Shown one piece after another: positions 37,661-50,215 of a DNA stretch of 64,000 nucleotides. The stretch spans positions 62,372,001-62,436,000 of the forward strand of contig NC_042999.1 of NCBI RefSeq assembly GCF_006345805.1. The letters are read 5' to 3'. The stretch's first letter is position 1. The number at the start of each line of letters is the position of its first letter. Source of the DNA: Octopus sinensis (Eukaryota). The translations under genes and the position numbers were made by a program. The notes beneath the pieces were generated by a model. That model worked only from the letters and a program-made list of their open reading frames with translations. It was not told the DNA's origin and made no database searches.

Positions 37661-38545
37661 ATACTCCTCTCCTATATTTTTTGCATAAGAAATTGTTATT
37701 TGCATTGCTGCAATAGGATGTGTTCTTTACTTTCAGTATTTTGGATATTTTATGGGTGAAATTATAGAAAACTATATTCTATACATACCTTCAACATAGA
37801 GTGGTAAAAAGGTATATTTTGCTTCATTTCCCAATTTGGGAGGTCAAAGGCTAATTTGTAAAATTAAAAAAATTTCTTCCTCATAATTTGATATGGCTAT
37901 TCAGTATAGAAATACCTACAAAAATACACATAAAAAAACATTCTACAGGACCTCATCATCATAGTTTTAATGTCTACTTTTCTATGCTTGCATGGGTCAG
38001 ACAGAGTTTATTGAGGCAGGTATTCTACAGCCAGATACCCTTCCTGTCACCAACCCTCATCTGTATCACCATTTTTCGGTGTATTTCAAATGGAAAAATG
38101 TTCACTTAAAGAGAATAAGAAGTTGCATAATGCAAAATTTTTACTTTTCAAAAATTCCAATTCTAAAGGGTTGGAACAAACCCAAGCAACACTGGACGAT
38201 ACTGCTAGTAAAGGAAATTCTTATTTATTTTGGTGTATTTAAAATAATTCATAAAATTTCTTTCAATATTTTCTCTGTAAGCAATGAACGATTACCTTCG
38301 TTAAGCTTTAATGTCTACTTAAATATGAAATATGTTTCCCATGTTAGAGGTGTTTCTCTTTATTTTAATATTGTGATACTTAACTAATTTCTCACTTGTA
38401 GGTGGGTTCATTTAGTTCATTTTAATAAAAGATTAGGTTGTTTCTGTTTCATGAACTCGTTTACACTATTTAATCTCCATTTAGTGGATTAAGAGATGCT
38501 AATAATAAGGTTACAGAATATATATGTATATATTCTGTCTATCTA

Positions 38546-38586
<41 letters not shown>

Positions 38587-39456
38587 ATGGATGAATGGAT
38601 GGATGGACGGACGGACGGACGGACTGACAGAGAAAGAGAGACACACACACACACATTCGCTTATTATTTGATTATTGACTAGTTTCTTAATAGCATTCTG
38701 TAAAGTTTTAGCTGTTTATGTTCCAAATATTTGACCATTTTAAAATATTCCTCTTAGGTCTGATTAGTAAGGAAGCTGGAGATACATTTAATGTATTTTT
38801 ATAATACATTTAATAATAACAATAATAATTTCATTATTTAAATATTTGTCAGAATGTAAATTAAGTGAGAAAGTTTGTCTGAGCTGGATTGGGCTGATTA
38901 AAATGGCCTGTTACAAAATACTAGTTCACATACTATGAATCTTGTTGCATTTAGTCAGTATTGATTTTTAGAGGGTTAATTTGTCTTAACACAAGAGTGT
39001 ATGCTCCAGTCTTTGGGTATTTTCAATTGGGAGAAAGAAAAGGGAAAGAATAATCAGCAGAGAAAATAACTCTTACTTGATGTTGGGGTATAAATATACA
39101 AAGATGTTCATTATCTCATCTAATTTTTTGAGAAAAATTGAAAGGTATTCACCATATAACATGATAATTGCTATTGTACATCATTTGGCAGGTTGATTTT
39201 ATGCAGGCAAACTTTAGAAATTTGTGTGTGTGTGTATCTCTCTTTATAAGAATGTTTCAAAGGACATAATAGATGAAAGGTACATACTGTGAGTGTTCAG
39301 ACCAAACCAAGCGCCTATATTCAAACATTAACTGCAGGGATGCAGGATCTGCAGAAATGTTGGTTGTCTATAGGCAATGTAATGGTCAAGCTAAAGTAGG
39401 TATATGAGAACAAAATATGAACAGTCAGTTGCAAGGCATCAAACAGTTTCAGCTTC

Positions 39457-40030
39457 GCATTACTGGCACTTGTGCCCCGTGCTAGTAGGGTGCTAAGAGC
39501 ACCATCTGAGCGTGATTGTTGCCAGAGCCGCTAACTGGCTTCTGTGCCGGTGGCATGTAGGAGGCACCATTCAAGTGGGATTGTTACCAGCATCGCCTTA
39601 CTGGCACCTGTGCTGTTGGCATGTGTAAAAAAAAAAAACAAATTCGAGTGAAGTCGTTGCCAGTACCACCTGACTGGCCCCCATGTCGGTGGCACGTAAA
39701 AGCACCTTACTAGCATAGGGCACAAGTGCTAGTAAGGCGACGCTGGTAACGATCACACTCGAAAAGTGCCTTTTATGTCCCACTGGCACGGAAGCCGGTT
39801 AGCCACTCTGTTAATGATCACACTCGTATGGTGCTCTTTGCACCCCGCTAGCACGGATGCCAGTCATCGAATTTGATTTTGACTTTGATTTCACTTGCCT
39901 CAACTGGTCTTCGCAAGCAGAGTTTAGTGTCCAAAGAAGGAAAAGGTACGCATAAATGGGCTTGTTACGCCCCTGGCATAGGCCACGAGGTTATGGTCTC
40001 ATTTGGTTTGCTGGGTCTTCTGAAGCACAG
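39457..40030. mobile_element. Rearranged RTE 3'UTR (two segments in opposite orientation)
   Basis: 39457-39707 is in plus orientation and 39708-40030 in minus orientation relative to the 10.3-kb copy; no tail. Confidence 0.7.
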
Positions 40031-40469
40031 CATATATATATATTTATATATATATATATATATATATCTACATAAAAATATCGTGCACATTAAAACACAT
40101 TAAGAGGCTTCCAAATAGGAAAGCCTTGTGCTAGAAAGAGCAGTAGAAAACTCAAACCACTAATTAGGTATAAATTCTTGAAAGGAATGAAAATAAAAAC
40201 GTTTACCATCTAATTTAGTTCCTAGACCATGGTTTCTGACTAATTTCAGTAAATATATATTTACTGAGGCCAGTCTTCATCAGTAGGTAGCCTTTAGATT
40301 TTAAATTTACACACGACTAGATCCGCATGTAAACTCGCTGCCTGTATATTCTAACTTTTTAAATCCAGTGCGCAGATGCAGTTTATCTCCGGCAACAGAG
40401 AGGATGCTGGTAAAATTTCGAACAAATTTATCAAAAAATATTTAAAACAGTTAGAATTTAGAAAAGTTT

Positions 40470-41000
40470 CCTGCAATGGCTACTTTTGCTGTGGATGGTG
40501 TCTACTACGACCTTCAAACCTGATCATACTGACATCAGTAATGTCCATCTTTGGACAGCTACTGAGAATGTTCTGTCCCTCTCCTCACACACAGAAGTAA
40601 GCCGGTGACTCCACTTTTACCCTGCATAACAAGTTGGAAAGGCTTGGCACTATGTTGTATATTGTCTCTGTCAGTAACTTATCCAATGAAGCTCTACATT
40701 CAAAAGCTCAGGTCGTGTGACTCTTCACACTACTGATTGCTCCCATCTTAACCAGGATCCCTGCTGCCGCATCCCAACACCCTTGCTAGCTTGTGCCTCC
40801 ACAGTTGATGCTTGTACTTCATTCCAAATCAGTAATCTCTTGTCATTTCCATGCATCTTATCATAGTGAGACGTGCCACTACTTCGGCTATTCCTTCCAT
40901 AAGGTGCTGCACCTACCAACACTATGCCTAAGCTATGACCCTGCAACCTTAACAGCCTCTGCTGCTCCCCACTTCTGCCCTCTCTTAACCCTAATACCAA
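40470..41000 (-). pseudogene. Hero-clade (RLE-type) non-LTR retrotransposon C-terminal fragment
   Basis: HYDKMHGNDKRLLIWNEVQAST..SKGVGMRQQGSWLRWEQ...YNIVPSLSNL..ESPA..NILSSCPK..DGHY..YDQVLKVVVDTI, matching the recalled Hero motifs GMRQQGAWTRWE and HILSSCPKAL.GRY.WRHDQVL. Confidence 0.7.
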
Positions 41001-41118
41001 TCTGAGAGACTTTTGAGATATTGGGGTTTTGCTATTGCAGCACCACTCTATCTTTGAAGAAGAGTGGTGAGAATTTAAAAGAAATTTAAAATGACTTCTA
41101 AGTGTTTAGCTTTCCATT

Positions 41119-41458
41119 GGCCATTGGTGTTGGAGAAGACTTTTACGGATTCCATGGACAGTGAGGCTCACCAATGGAGAAGTTCTGAAGCAGATCAGGC
41201 CGAAAATGTCGCTAGAAGCTAGGATCACCAAGCATAGATTGGCATATTTTGGTCATATTATGCGGAGAAAATCCCTGGAGATGGACATCATGCTCGGAAT
41301 GGTCAGTGGCAAGAGAGGAAGAGGCCGACCATCAAGAGTGATACCGGAATGGACATAGCCAATCTGAAAGAAGCGGCCCAGGATAGAACTGACTGGAGGA
41401 CACTGATCCATCGAGTAACCGAGAGTTGACTTCGACTGAGCGGATAGATAGATAGATA
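41119..41458 (+). mobile_element. BovB-like RTE LINE 3' end
   Basis: WCWRRLLRIPWTVRLTNGEVLKQIRPKMSLEARITKHRLAYFGHIMRRKSLEMDIMLGMVSGKRGRGRP...AAQDRTDWRTLIHRVTES; (TAGA)n tail. Confidence 0.8.
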
Positions 41459-41612
41459 TAGTGACATCTAATATTGTACTATAATGACGTCCTATTGTTG
41501 GATACAGGATGTTGGCATACTTTGTTGGCATTCTCCAGAATGATATATTCAGTAACACCAGTTCTATACATTGGCTATCTTATATTGTAGAGAAGAATTT
41601 GTGGTGACTATA

Positions 41613-41842
41613 GGCGGCGAGCTGGCAGAAACGTTAGCATGCTGGGCGAAATGCGTAGCCGTATTTCGTCTGCCGTTACATTCTGGGTTCAAATTCCGCC
41701 GAGGTCAACTTTGCCTTTCATCCTTTCAGGCTCGATAAATTAAGTACCAGTTACACACTGGGGTCAATATAATCGACTTAATCCATTGTCTGTCCTTGTT
41801 TGTCCCCTCTGTATTTAGCTTCTTGTGGGTAGTAAAGAAAAA
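41613..41842 (+). mobile_element. SINE family C, full length
   Basis: Head GGCGGCGAGCTGGCAGAAACGTTAGC; 16-bp direct repeat TATATTGTAGAGAAGA at 41581-41596 and 41843-41858. Confidence 0.85.
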
Positions 41843-44360
41843 TATATTGTAGAGAAGACAAGAAACTTTAGTGTCAGTCAATAAATTAATCATCATTCTG
41901 GAGGGTAGGGTATTTAGTGTTTGTTATCATATAGTTGATTTGATGGTAACAGATTGCAAATGTTATCATGAAATCAGTAAATCTTCAAATGATAATTGTC
42001 CCTAGAGTACCACACCCTACAGAACGATGACTAATTGACTTATTGATACCAAATCTTGTTTTATGATATATAAGGAACAGGTGTCACAGTTTAAGAGGAA
42101 TGGACTGAGTTTTTGCCTTGTTCAAGAGTAAGTGACATCTGTTTTGCAAAGTGTTACTCTAGTATGGTGTGACAAAATTAAACAGACCAACACTATACAA
42201 TGTGGTCCAGATCCTTTCACTTATGTTTTCAATGTTCATTGTAATAAAAGATGTCTTTGTTGAGCTTTGAACAAATATTTCTCATACACTTATCTTTTTT
42301 AAACTTGTAAGTATCTTGACAAATGATGTAAGATATTATTTTGTCAGTAAATTCAATTATACTCACTCCATAGTTTAAGCATGCTTAAAATTGTTATGGA
42401 TACTATTCTGCTCCCTCAGACTTAGCATTTACAAATATGTGTTATTGCTAATGCAGATTAGTTTAATATTTTACCATATACATACGTAAACTAACAATAC
42501 GATGCATCATATCATCATTAGTCTATTTTTATGAGTTCAAATCCTATAACAGTTTCTGAGAAATATCTCCATGCTAGGAACATCTACTTCAGTGGATTTC
42601 ATTAAAAATAGGTTCAACTCTTACTTTGCAATTGAATGGTTTAAATAAATTGAGTTAGTTAATGTCTCTGTGTTTTCTCTACCTCGTTTTGAAAGCAATT
42701 TATTTATTAGATAATTTAAAGCTAAAAGAAAGCATTCTGGGAAATTGAAATGTACCTAAAGTGGGGAAAATGAACAAAAATGGAAAAGAATTGTAGGAAT
42801 GTAATTTAGTATAGGAAATACATGTTCTAAGTTGGCCTTTTTAAAAAGCAGGAGTATAATTTTGTCAAGATTAGATAAGTAGCTTTAATTTGTATTCACA
42901 ATAATTCTAATTTAAGCTTGATTTAGAGATGTTGAATGAAATGGGCAAATCTCTTTTCATATGACCTCCCAATATTTTAACTTACTTGCTCTGACTGATG
43001 GATACCATTTGGCAATTGGTATGGCTTTATCACTTTGATTAACGATAACTATCAGATTACTGCATGATTAATCATGGAAATTGTATCTAACCCTTAGAAA
43101 CTAAGGCTGTAAGATAAATCAGAAGCTTTCTTTAGTGATTGAAAGGCATTTTGCTTCTATTGGCTTTCAAGTTGATTGGTTGTTTGTCTTTCAGGAATAG
43201 GCTTTTATTTATTCATAGAAAGTATATACAAAAGAATAAAGGTTGGTTAGCTGGAAATTTCTTTTCTAATAATAAGTAAACATGAATAGTATTTTTATTA
43301 TAATAATATAAAACTAGGATGTTACCTGATCTTTGTAATATGCAAGACAAATATTATCACATACATGAACATTTGAGTGAACAACTTGATAAGTAGATAG
43401 GTGATAGACAGACAGACAGATAGGAGTGATATCTATGAAGATTATAATCCAAGCTAAGAAATTCTTTGCATGGAAATTTGATTGGCTTGAAACAGCAGTC
43501 AACTCTTCCTCAAATTACAACCTACTATTTAAAAAAAAAATGAAAGAATACAATACATAATGTGCTCTTAGGTATGAAGAATAGCAAAAAAGAAAAGGGA
43601 TTTAATTGATTATTCTTTATAATAAAAAAAAATCTAAATGTTTAGTGTGGAATGTTCTAGTGAATTGATTAATGTATAAGACAATTGATAGTGACAAAAG
43701 CAGTATTAACACCAAAAGACAATCTTTATCTCCAGCTTAACGTGGAGATTGTGTTAGAACATAGAATATTGTGTAATTTACCTTGAGAGGACTCATGGTG
43801 CATAAAAGCACTCATATTTATATCATTGACAGACAAGCACTATCTGCTACAGTTGCTGAACCAGCCAGGTCACATGATTTCACTCTATTTTGGGTTCATC
43901 AGTGACAGATGCCCAGTTGAGACATAACAACCAAATTCCTGTCAATGATATATGGAATATAAGTGTAATTCAGGCACTGGTGTTGCAAATAACCAGTGGG
44001 CTTATTAAAAAAAAATAAAAAGCTACTGAAAGAATGCCTGCATCTATCACAACCCAAAATAATTTATTTCCTGAACACAATCCAAGTGAATCATTTTAAT
44101 TTGATCTGGGTGAAATTTTTAACTCAGATTATAACATTCTAGTTAGTGGTTCTTTTTCAGCACTAGAAGTAAAATGACCATCTTTGGTTTCAAAGAACAG
44201 TTCCAAACTATGTCAAGTATTAAGGCCTAACTTTACTATAAGCTTATAAACAATGGAAAGCAGCATGCTAAACTATGAAACATATTATTCCTTGGAAAGT
44301 ATTCTGGTTAGTCCACATTACTCCATAAAGAGCATGGGGCTAGTTTCTTGGTTTCTCAGG

Positions 44361-44549
44361 TATATATATATATATAAAAATTAGAAAAAACCATCTCTTA
44401 TCAATTCAAAATGAACAATTAAATTACACCATCTAGAGTTGTAATATGTAATACACCATCTAGAATATGTAATTTTCTAGATGGTGTAATTTAATTGTTC
44501 ATTTTGAATTGATAAAAGATGTTTTTTTCTAATTTTTATATATATATAT
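44361..44549. repeat. (TA)n-flanked palindromic element
   Basis: About 75-bp arms 44361-44437 and 44476-44549 with few mismatches; the spacer repeats TACACCATCTAGA. Confidence 0.9.
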
Positions 44550-44628
44550 TATATTTTGTGAAATTTGATTTAGTATTTCTAAATTGAATTTTTCCCTGTA
44601 AGTTAGGAATAATATTCCCTCAAATAAT

Positions 44629-44668
<40 letters not shown>

Positions 44669-44993
44669 TTCCATGGATGGGACGCCAGTCTGTCACAGAA
44701 TTACTCATTTTTATCAGCTGCATGGACTCAAGCAACATGAAACTGCTCAAGAACACAATGCATTGCCTGGTCCAGGAATCGAAACCACTATCTTACAATC
44801 AGGAGTCCAACACCTTAACTGCTAAGTTATGTGCCTCCACTATTGGAAAGTGTTTTGATTGTTGTATATTTTATATTAACTGCTAGACTTCAGCCCGCAA
44901 AACAGAAAATCTCAAAATTTTCTCCATATAGCTAATCTACACTTACTGAAAAAAGATTTGTCAACAATATTTGTCAAACTGAGAACAATACAC

Positions 44994-45204
44994 TTTTACT
45001 TGTTTCAGCCATTTGACTGTGGCTATGCTGGAACACCACCTTTAGTTGAGCAAATCGACCCCAGGACTTATTCTTTGTAAGCCTAGTACTTATTCTATCG
45101 GTCTCTTTTTGCCGAACCACTAAGGTACGGAGATGTAAACACACCAGCATCAGTTGTCAAGGAGGCTGTTGGGGGGACAAACATATACACGCACATACAT
45201 ACAT

Positions 45205-45258
<54 letters not shown>

Positions 45259-45430
45259 CACATATATACGACGGGCTTCTTTCAGTTTCCGTCTACCAAA
45301 TCCACTCACAAGGCTTTGGTCGGCCTAAGGCTATTGTAGAAGACACTTGCCCACGGTGCCATGCAGTGGGACTGAACCCAGAACCATGTGGTTCGTAAGC
45401 AAGCTACTTACCATACAGCCACTCCTGCAC
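44994..45430 (-). mobile_element. SINE family A
   Basis: Reverse-complement copy. Confidence 0.85.
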
Positions 45431-46154
45431 TTATATATTACAATTTTGTATCCTTATAACATGCAGCAGAAGAATGCCTTCCCGTAAGGGCTAAAATTAA
45501 GCATTAAGTCCCAAGTGAGCCTTAAGTAATTATTGGCAAGTGCAATCAGTTGAAGAGTGACACCCACTTAGAGTTAATCATATCTTCCAGATTAAATATC
45601 ACTAAATTCAAAAATACTTTGCAAGATCTCACACTTATGAAATTAAATGACAGAATTGTTTATGCAGCTGTAATTAAATATGGCAAATTGCCCATGAAAT
45701 TAGTGGCAGGGAATGTACGAACAAGTTGTAAAAGCCACATGCTTGCTGGAACAACTATGCAAGTAGAATGAACATTTCCAAGACATTCTCAGTTTTAGAT
45801 AGATTTTTGGAAACTGCTCTTAAACAAGATCTTGATATCAAAGTTGGTAATTTCACGTCAGATAAACTCAAAGACTTACTTAAAATGACTAAAATTAGAA
45901 GGTAGCTGGGTTTGATAATATACTACTAGAAGTCTGTAAGAGAAGGGCATTCAGTTTTGCAATGCAGTATACAGTTAAAACTAACTGAGTGGTGGAATAA
46001 AGGTTCTATTCTCCTATTCAAAAATTGTGGTAATTTAGGCATGACTAACAATTATTGAAGGATAGCAGCAAAATCAACATCAAATTGTTATTTAATTGTA
46101 TACAGCAAAAACTCTTTTCATGGCCACCATCTCAGGCGTTCCCTTCAACTTACC

Positions 46155-46382
46155 TTAACCCTTTAGTGTTTGCATTATTCTGTCAAAATTAATCCTTTTT
46201 TATCCACATCGTTTTGAACTAATCATGCATTATCTTGTAGCTATGAGATTTTGATGAAGTGGCTGTTCATTTTTTAAAAAAATTGTAGGGTTGGTCTGAG
46301 AGAGCAGATCTGGCCAATTTGAACATAAAACAGGCAGAATACTTTTGGTCGGATATGGCTGGATTAAATGTTTAAGGGTTAA
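46155..46382. mobile_element. piggyBac-type MITE family 2
   Basis: TTAA|CCCTTTAGTGTTT...AAATGTTTAAGGG|TTAA. Confidence 0.75.
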
Positions 46383-46399
46383 AAATTAAACAGAAGATA

Positions 46400-47000
46400 T
46401 TAAGCATTGTGTCAGTATCTCAAAAACTGAATATATCTGTTAGACTCAGAAGGGCTCATAAGCATAATCAAACAAAACCCTCTAAAATCTGTAGACTCTT
46501 TTGTGTAATTAGGGACCACAGCCTCAGTGTCATCTGGAAGTCATTGCCACTAGAAGAGGTACTTCATCCATGCCAATATCATTGTAGTCAGTGCTTTTGT
46601 ATGGTTTTACTACTTAAACACTTTTCAAAAACTGGCAGCAAGACTTATATGTGAGATGTTCTGAATATCTCATAGAAAAATCATTTGGCCAAAGATTGTA
46701 TGACAGTCATCAGAGAGAGAGAGGGAGAGATGTATGCTTTTTGCAGGATATTACTGGAATTGTAAGCAAGATCTCATTAACGATATATTTCTATGGAAAC
46801 CCCAACACAGATATACATGCATCAGCTGTCCCAAACATACTATCAGTTGGATCATTATGGGTGGCAAATTTGGTCAGGTAATTAAATTCATCCACATTGC
46901 AAACCTCATTTGGGAAATAATAGTCAATATATCTAATAGGGAATCTTTCCTTCATTAACATTTCTAAGCTATTGTTAAACTTTGTCCTTTTTCTGTTTCT
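46400..47000 (-). pseudogene. Possible degenerate RTE/L2 RT fragment
   Basis: NVDEFNYLT motif and weak downstream similarity only. Confidence 0.3.
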
Positions 47001-47767
47001 TTTGTCACTATTATAAGGCCATGTGCTCTGCCTTTTGGCATCTCCTTCGTGTATCACTTTCAAGACTTCATACTAAACACATCAACTTATGTTTTTTCTG
47101 AATCTTAATTTCCACTCATTTAAAAAATTTTTTTATCATCTATCACATTAACTCATTCCAATTATTCATAAAGCACTAATCCAGAAAAGATCTTGTAAGA
47201 TTGTGGGTAATACTACTTCTCAGACAAATAAATAAAAAGTTTTATAGCATAAATAATGTTCAAATTTATATATTTCATTCATTTGTTCTAATGAACTATT
47301 TCAAATGTTTAATTCATGCAAGCAAAGCAACAGCAAACTAAAAATAGCTTCTAATTTAGGCTAAACCCCAGAAATCTTGACCACAGTACTTGACCACGGT
47401 GCTTGACCGGTATTCTGTTTTATCAACCCCAGAGAGATGAAAAGCAAAGAATTTTTAACTCAGAGTACAAAGAACCAGAAGAAATTCCACAAGGCATTTT
47501 TATAGATGCTTGCTGTTCCCCCACTCCAAAGCATTATGTAGAGATATGATTATTGGGAAGTAAAAGAACTGAAGACTATTCACCATAAATTCAGACTTTG
47601 GATAGACTTTGTTACTCTACTTGATTCAATCTGTCAACATGAAAATAGATACCTTTTTCTATTTTATAAATTTGTGTGATTAGCTCTTGAAAAGCTTTTC
47701 ACTGTAAAAAGTTTCTTGCATTCTTCAATACAAATTATATGCATCTGCAGAATATTTCCTCATATGA

Positions 47768-48078
47768 CATCATCATCATCATCGTTTAACGTCTGCTTTC
47801 CATGCTAGCATGAGTTGGATGGTTCGACTGGGGTCTGGGAAGCCAGGAGGCTGCACCAGGCCCAGTCTGATCTGGCAGTGTTTCTACAGCTGGATGCCCT
47901 TCCTAATGTCAACCAGTCCATGAGTGTAGTGTGTGCTTTTTACGTGCCACCGACACGAAGGCCAGTTGAGGTGGCAATGGCCACGTTCGGATGGTTCTTT
48001 TACATGCCAGCGGCACTGGTATCACAACTGCAATTTCCATTGATTTTTGATCGATTTCGATTTCGCTTGCCTCAACAG
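47768..48078 (-). mobile_element. RTE 3'UTR fragment just upstream of the RIM exon
   Basis: (CAT)n terminus; ends at TTCGCTTGCCTCAACAG, 84 nt before the acceptor. Confidence 0.85.
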
Positions 48079-48162
48079 TATGTAAAAATTTAATATAAAC
48101 TGTAAAAGCTATTTCTGGTTGTACTATACTATATTTGATAAATTTCTTCCTTTTTTTTTCAG

Positions 48163-49130
48163 AGGTTCAAAAGAGTCTCTTTCATCCCGAAGTCATCGCA
48201 CTGACCGAGCCGACAGATCTGAACGAGTTGCTGACCGCAATGAGAGGGTTGACCGTACAGCAGAGCCACATGAGGACTGGATGGCAGACAGACACCGTGA
48301 GGGGGATCGCCGTCGAGGTAGAATTAATTTGGAATCCGAACATTACCAGGACCCTGTTTTAAATAATCAAGATTATCACGAGACAGATACAAGGCAATCT
48401 AGAGAGCCTCGCCAAAAAGATGGTTATGAAGAAGAACAGTGGAAAAATGTTGATTCTTCTAGTGGCCATCATGGACGACGAAATGCTACACGTCACCAGA
48501 GAGATCATCAACGTGCCGATCAAAATAAAGATCATCCCCAAGAAGCTGTTAGAGGCCACAGAGATTCATTGAATAAAAGAGATCATATTAGGGAACATCC
48601 AGCACATTCTAGAGATCATCGTGGAGAATTACAAAGAGAATTACCAAGGGAGCAGCACCAAAGAGAGCGAAAAGACCATATTACAGATTCAAAAGATAGT
48701 CGATCCCCGAGTCGTGATCGTGAACGGACTCGTGGTTCGAAGGGAGATAAATACAGCTCATATATCACCGATCAATCATCAATTCAGGTAGTAAGTACAG
48801 GGCACCATGATAGAGAAGCGTCAGAGATTGAACATAGAGGTGAAACTGATAGATATTTTGATAGAAAACAACATTTGGATCCTAATTCAGCTGCAAATAA
48901 AAGTTCTAGAACTAACCGCCGCAAAGTTGAAAGTATGTTACGCAATGATTCTCTGAGTTCTGACCCGTCTGACTGCGTCAGGCCACCTCCACCTAAGCCG
49001 CATAAACATAAGAAAGGTAAAAAACAAAGACAGCAGTCGATTAGTAGTTCTGATGACGAAATCCGATCAACTCCAGAATGTTCTAGTTGTGAAGAGCCTG
49101 ATATGGAAAGTGAAAGTGTTAGTGAAAAAG
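48163..49130 (+). CDS. RIMS2: Internal coding exon of RIM (regulating synaptic membrane exocytosis protein; RIMS1/2, Rim, unc-10 orthologue), region between zinc finger and PDZ
   Basis: Open frame ending RRKVESMLRNDSLSSDPSDCVRPPPPKPHKHKKGKKQRQQSISSSDDEIRSTPECSSCEEPDMESESVSEKG, matching the recalled RIMS2 segment MLRNDSLSSDQSESVRPPPPKPHK...SSSEEELASTPEYTSC...ESESVSEKG. Acceptor ttcctttttttttcag|A at 48162/48163; donor AAAG|gttagt at 49130/49131. Length 968 = 1+966+1 (phase 2 in, phase 1 out). The invertebrate gene is co-orthologous to RIMS1/2. Confidence 0.93.
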
Positions 49131-50215
49131 GTTAGTAGTATTACTTTCTACCTTTTTTTTTTTTTTTTTTTTTACTGATTTTTGTCTGAAAACAGTTTGT
49201 GTATTCAGTTTGTTCAACATAAAATGTATCTGCTTTTGTTTGTGTATATGTGCGTGTGCATGTGTACGTAAATGCCTTTTGTTTAAAGTATATTTAAAAC
49301 TGTTGGAAGAATTGCTAACAGAAGGTTAGATATATTCTTTTACAATTATACTAGTTTTAACCATTCAGCTGTAATGATGATGAACCACCAATATATGATA
49401 ATTAAAACTAAATGCTTTTACATAAAAAAAAAATGCCAAAACATTGTTGTGTAGTTAATAAAGATCTTAGTAATTTAACTTAAGATTCTCCAGATATAAG
49501 ATTAATGGTTTTGCTAATTACCAGTTTGAAAGTAATTGTATCTAGAATTTATTATAAGAAACAGCTAACATTAACCAGTGGGACATTTATTTCTTAATCT
49601 AAAAATTAAGATTGTATAATTTAATTCAGCTAAAAATTTTTCTATATTTTTTCCTTTAGAATTTAAGTTTAGCTAGGAAAGCAGTTTTAGAATCTGATAG
49701 AATTACATGATTGTTATTGATTATGAACATTTGGTAATTCAAGTACATTACTTGTATTTGTATGTAGTAATAAGTTGTCCATAATGAGTTTATTCTGTCT
49801 GAGATTTCCAAAATATGTCCAACAGGTATATGTCTCATCTTACCTTCTTCCAGATTCTTATCCAGATATTGAAACACTCTCACATACATAAAATATACAT
49901 AGTATGTTAATAAATAACACAATCTCAACCATCAACTGTATATAGACATAGTCAACCCTAATACTGTGTAGACAAAGTAAAATCTTCATTTCATAAAAAT
50001 ATTTCTATGAAAGAAATCCCCTGCAGCAAATCCATCTGTATATTTGCTTGATCTGCTCAATAAAGTAACCAAATATCTTACATTTTTAAACCCTGAATAT
50101 CAGGATTATCTATTCAAAAAACAATACTGACTGGCAAGAGCTGGAGTTCAACTTGACTAATATTTTGATCAGCTGCTACTCTGCTGTAGGCATACTTAAA
50201 GTTGACCAGGTCAAC

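Noticed and set aside
40369-40409. Possible 41-nt exon (ccag|TGCGCAG...GATGCTG|gtaaaa)
   Set aside because: Not frame-preserving, weak donor, no RIM similarity, and adjacent to a retroelement remnant.
48119-48162. ORF-track start of the 338-aa ORF
   Set aside because: Non-ATG start inside the polypyrimidine tract; the true exon begins at 48163.
1-48162. Other RIM exons (Rab3-binding helix, zinc finger; PDZ/C2 downstream)
   Set aside because: No KTKFADG-, HPVTW- or C2-like coding segments were found by eye; they probably lie outside the window, although small exons could have been missed.
49050-49061. CTGATGACGAAA hammerhead-core look-alike in the RIM exon
   Set aside because: No room for stem II and no stems I/III; it simply encodes SDDE.
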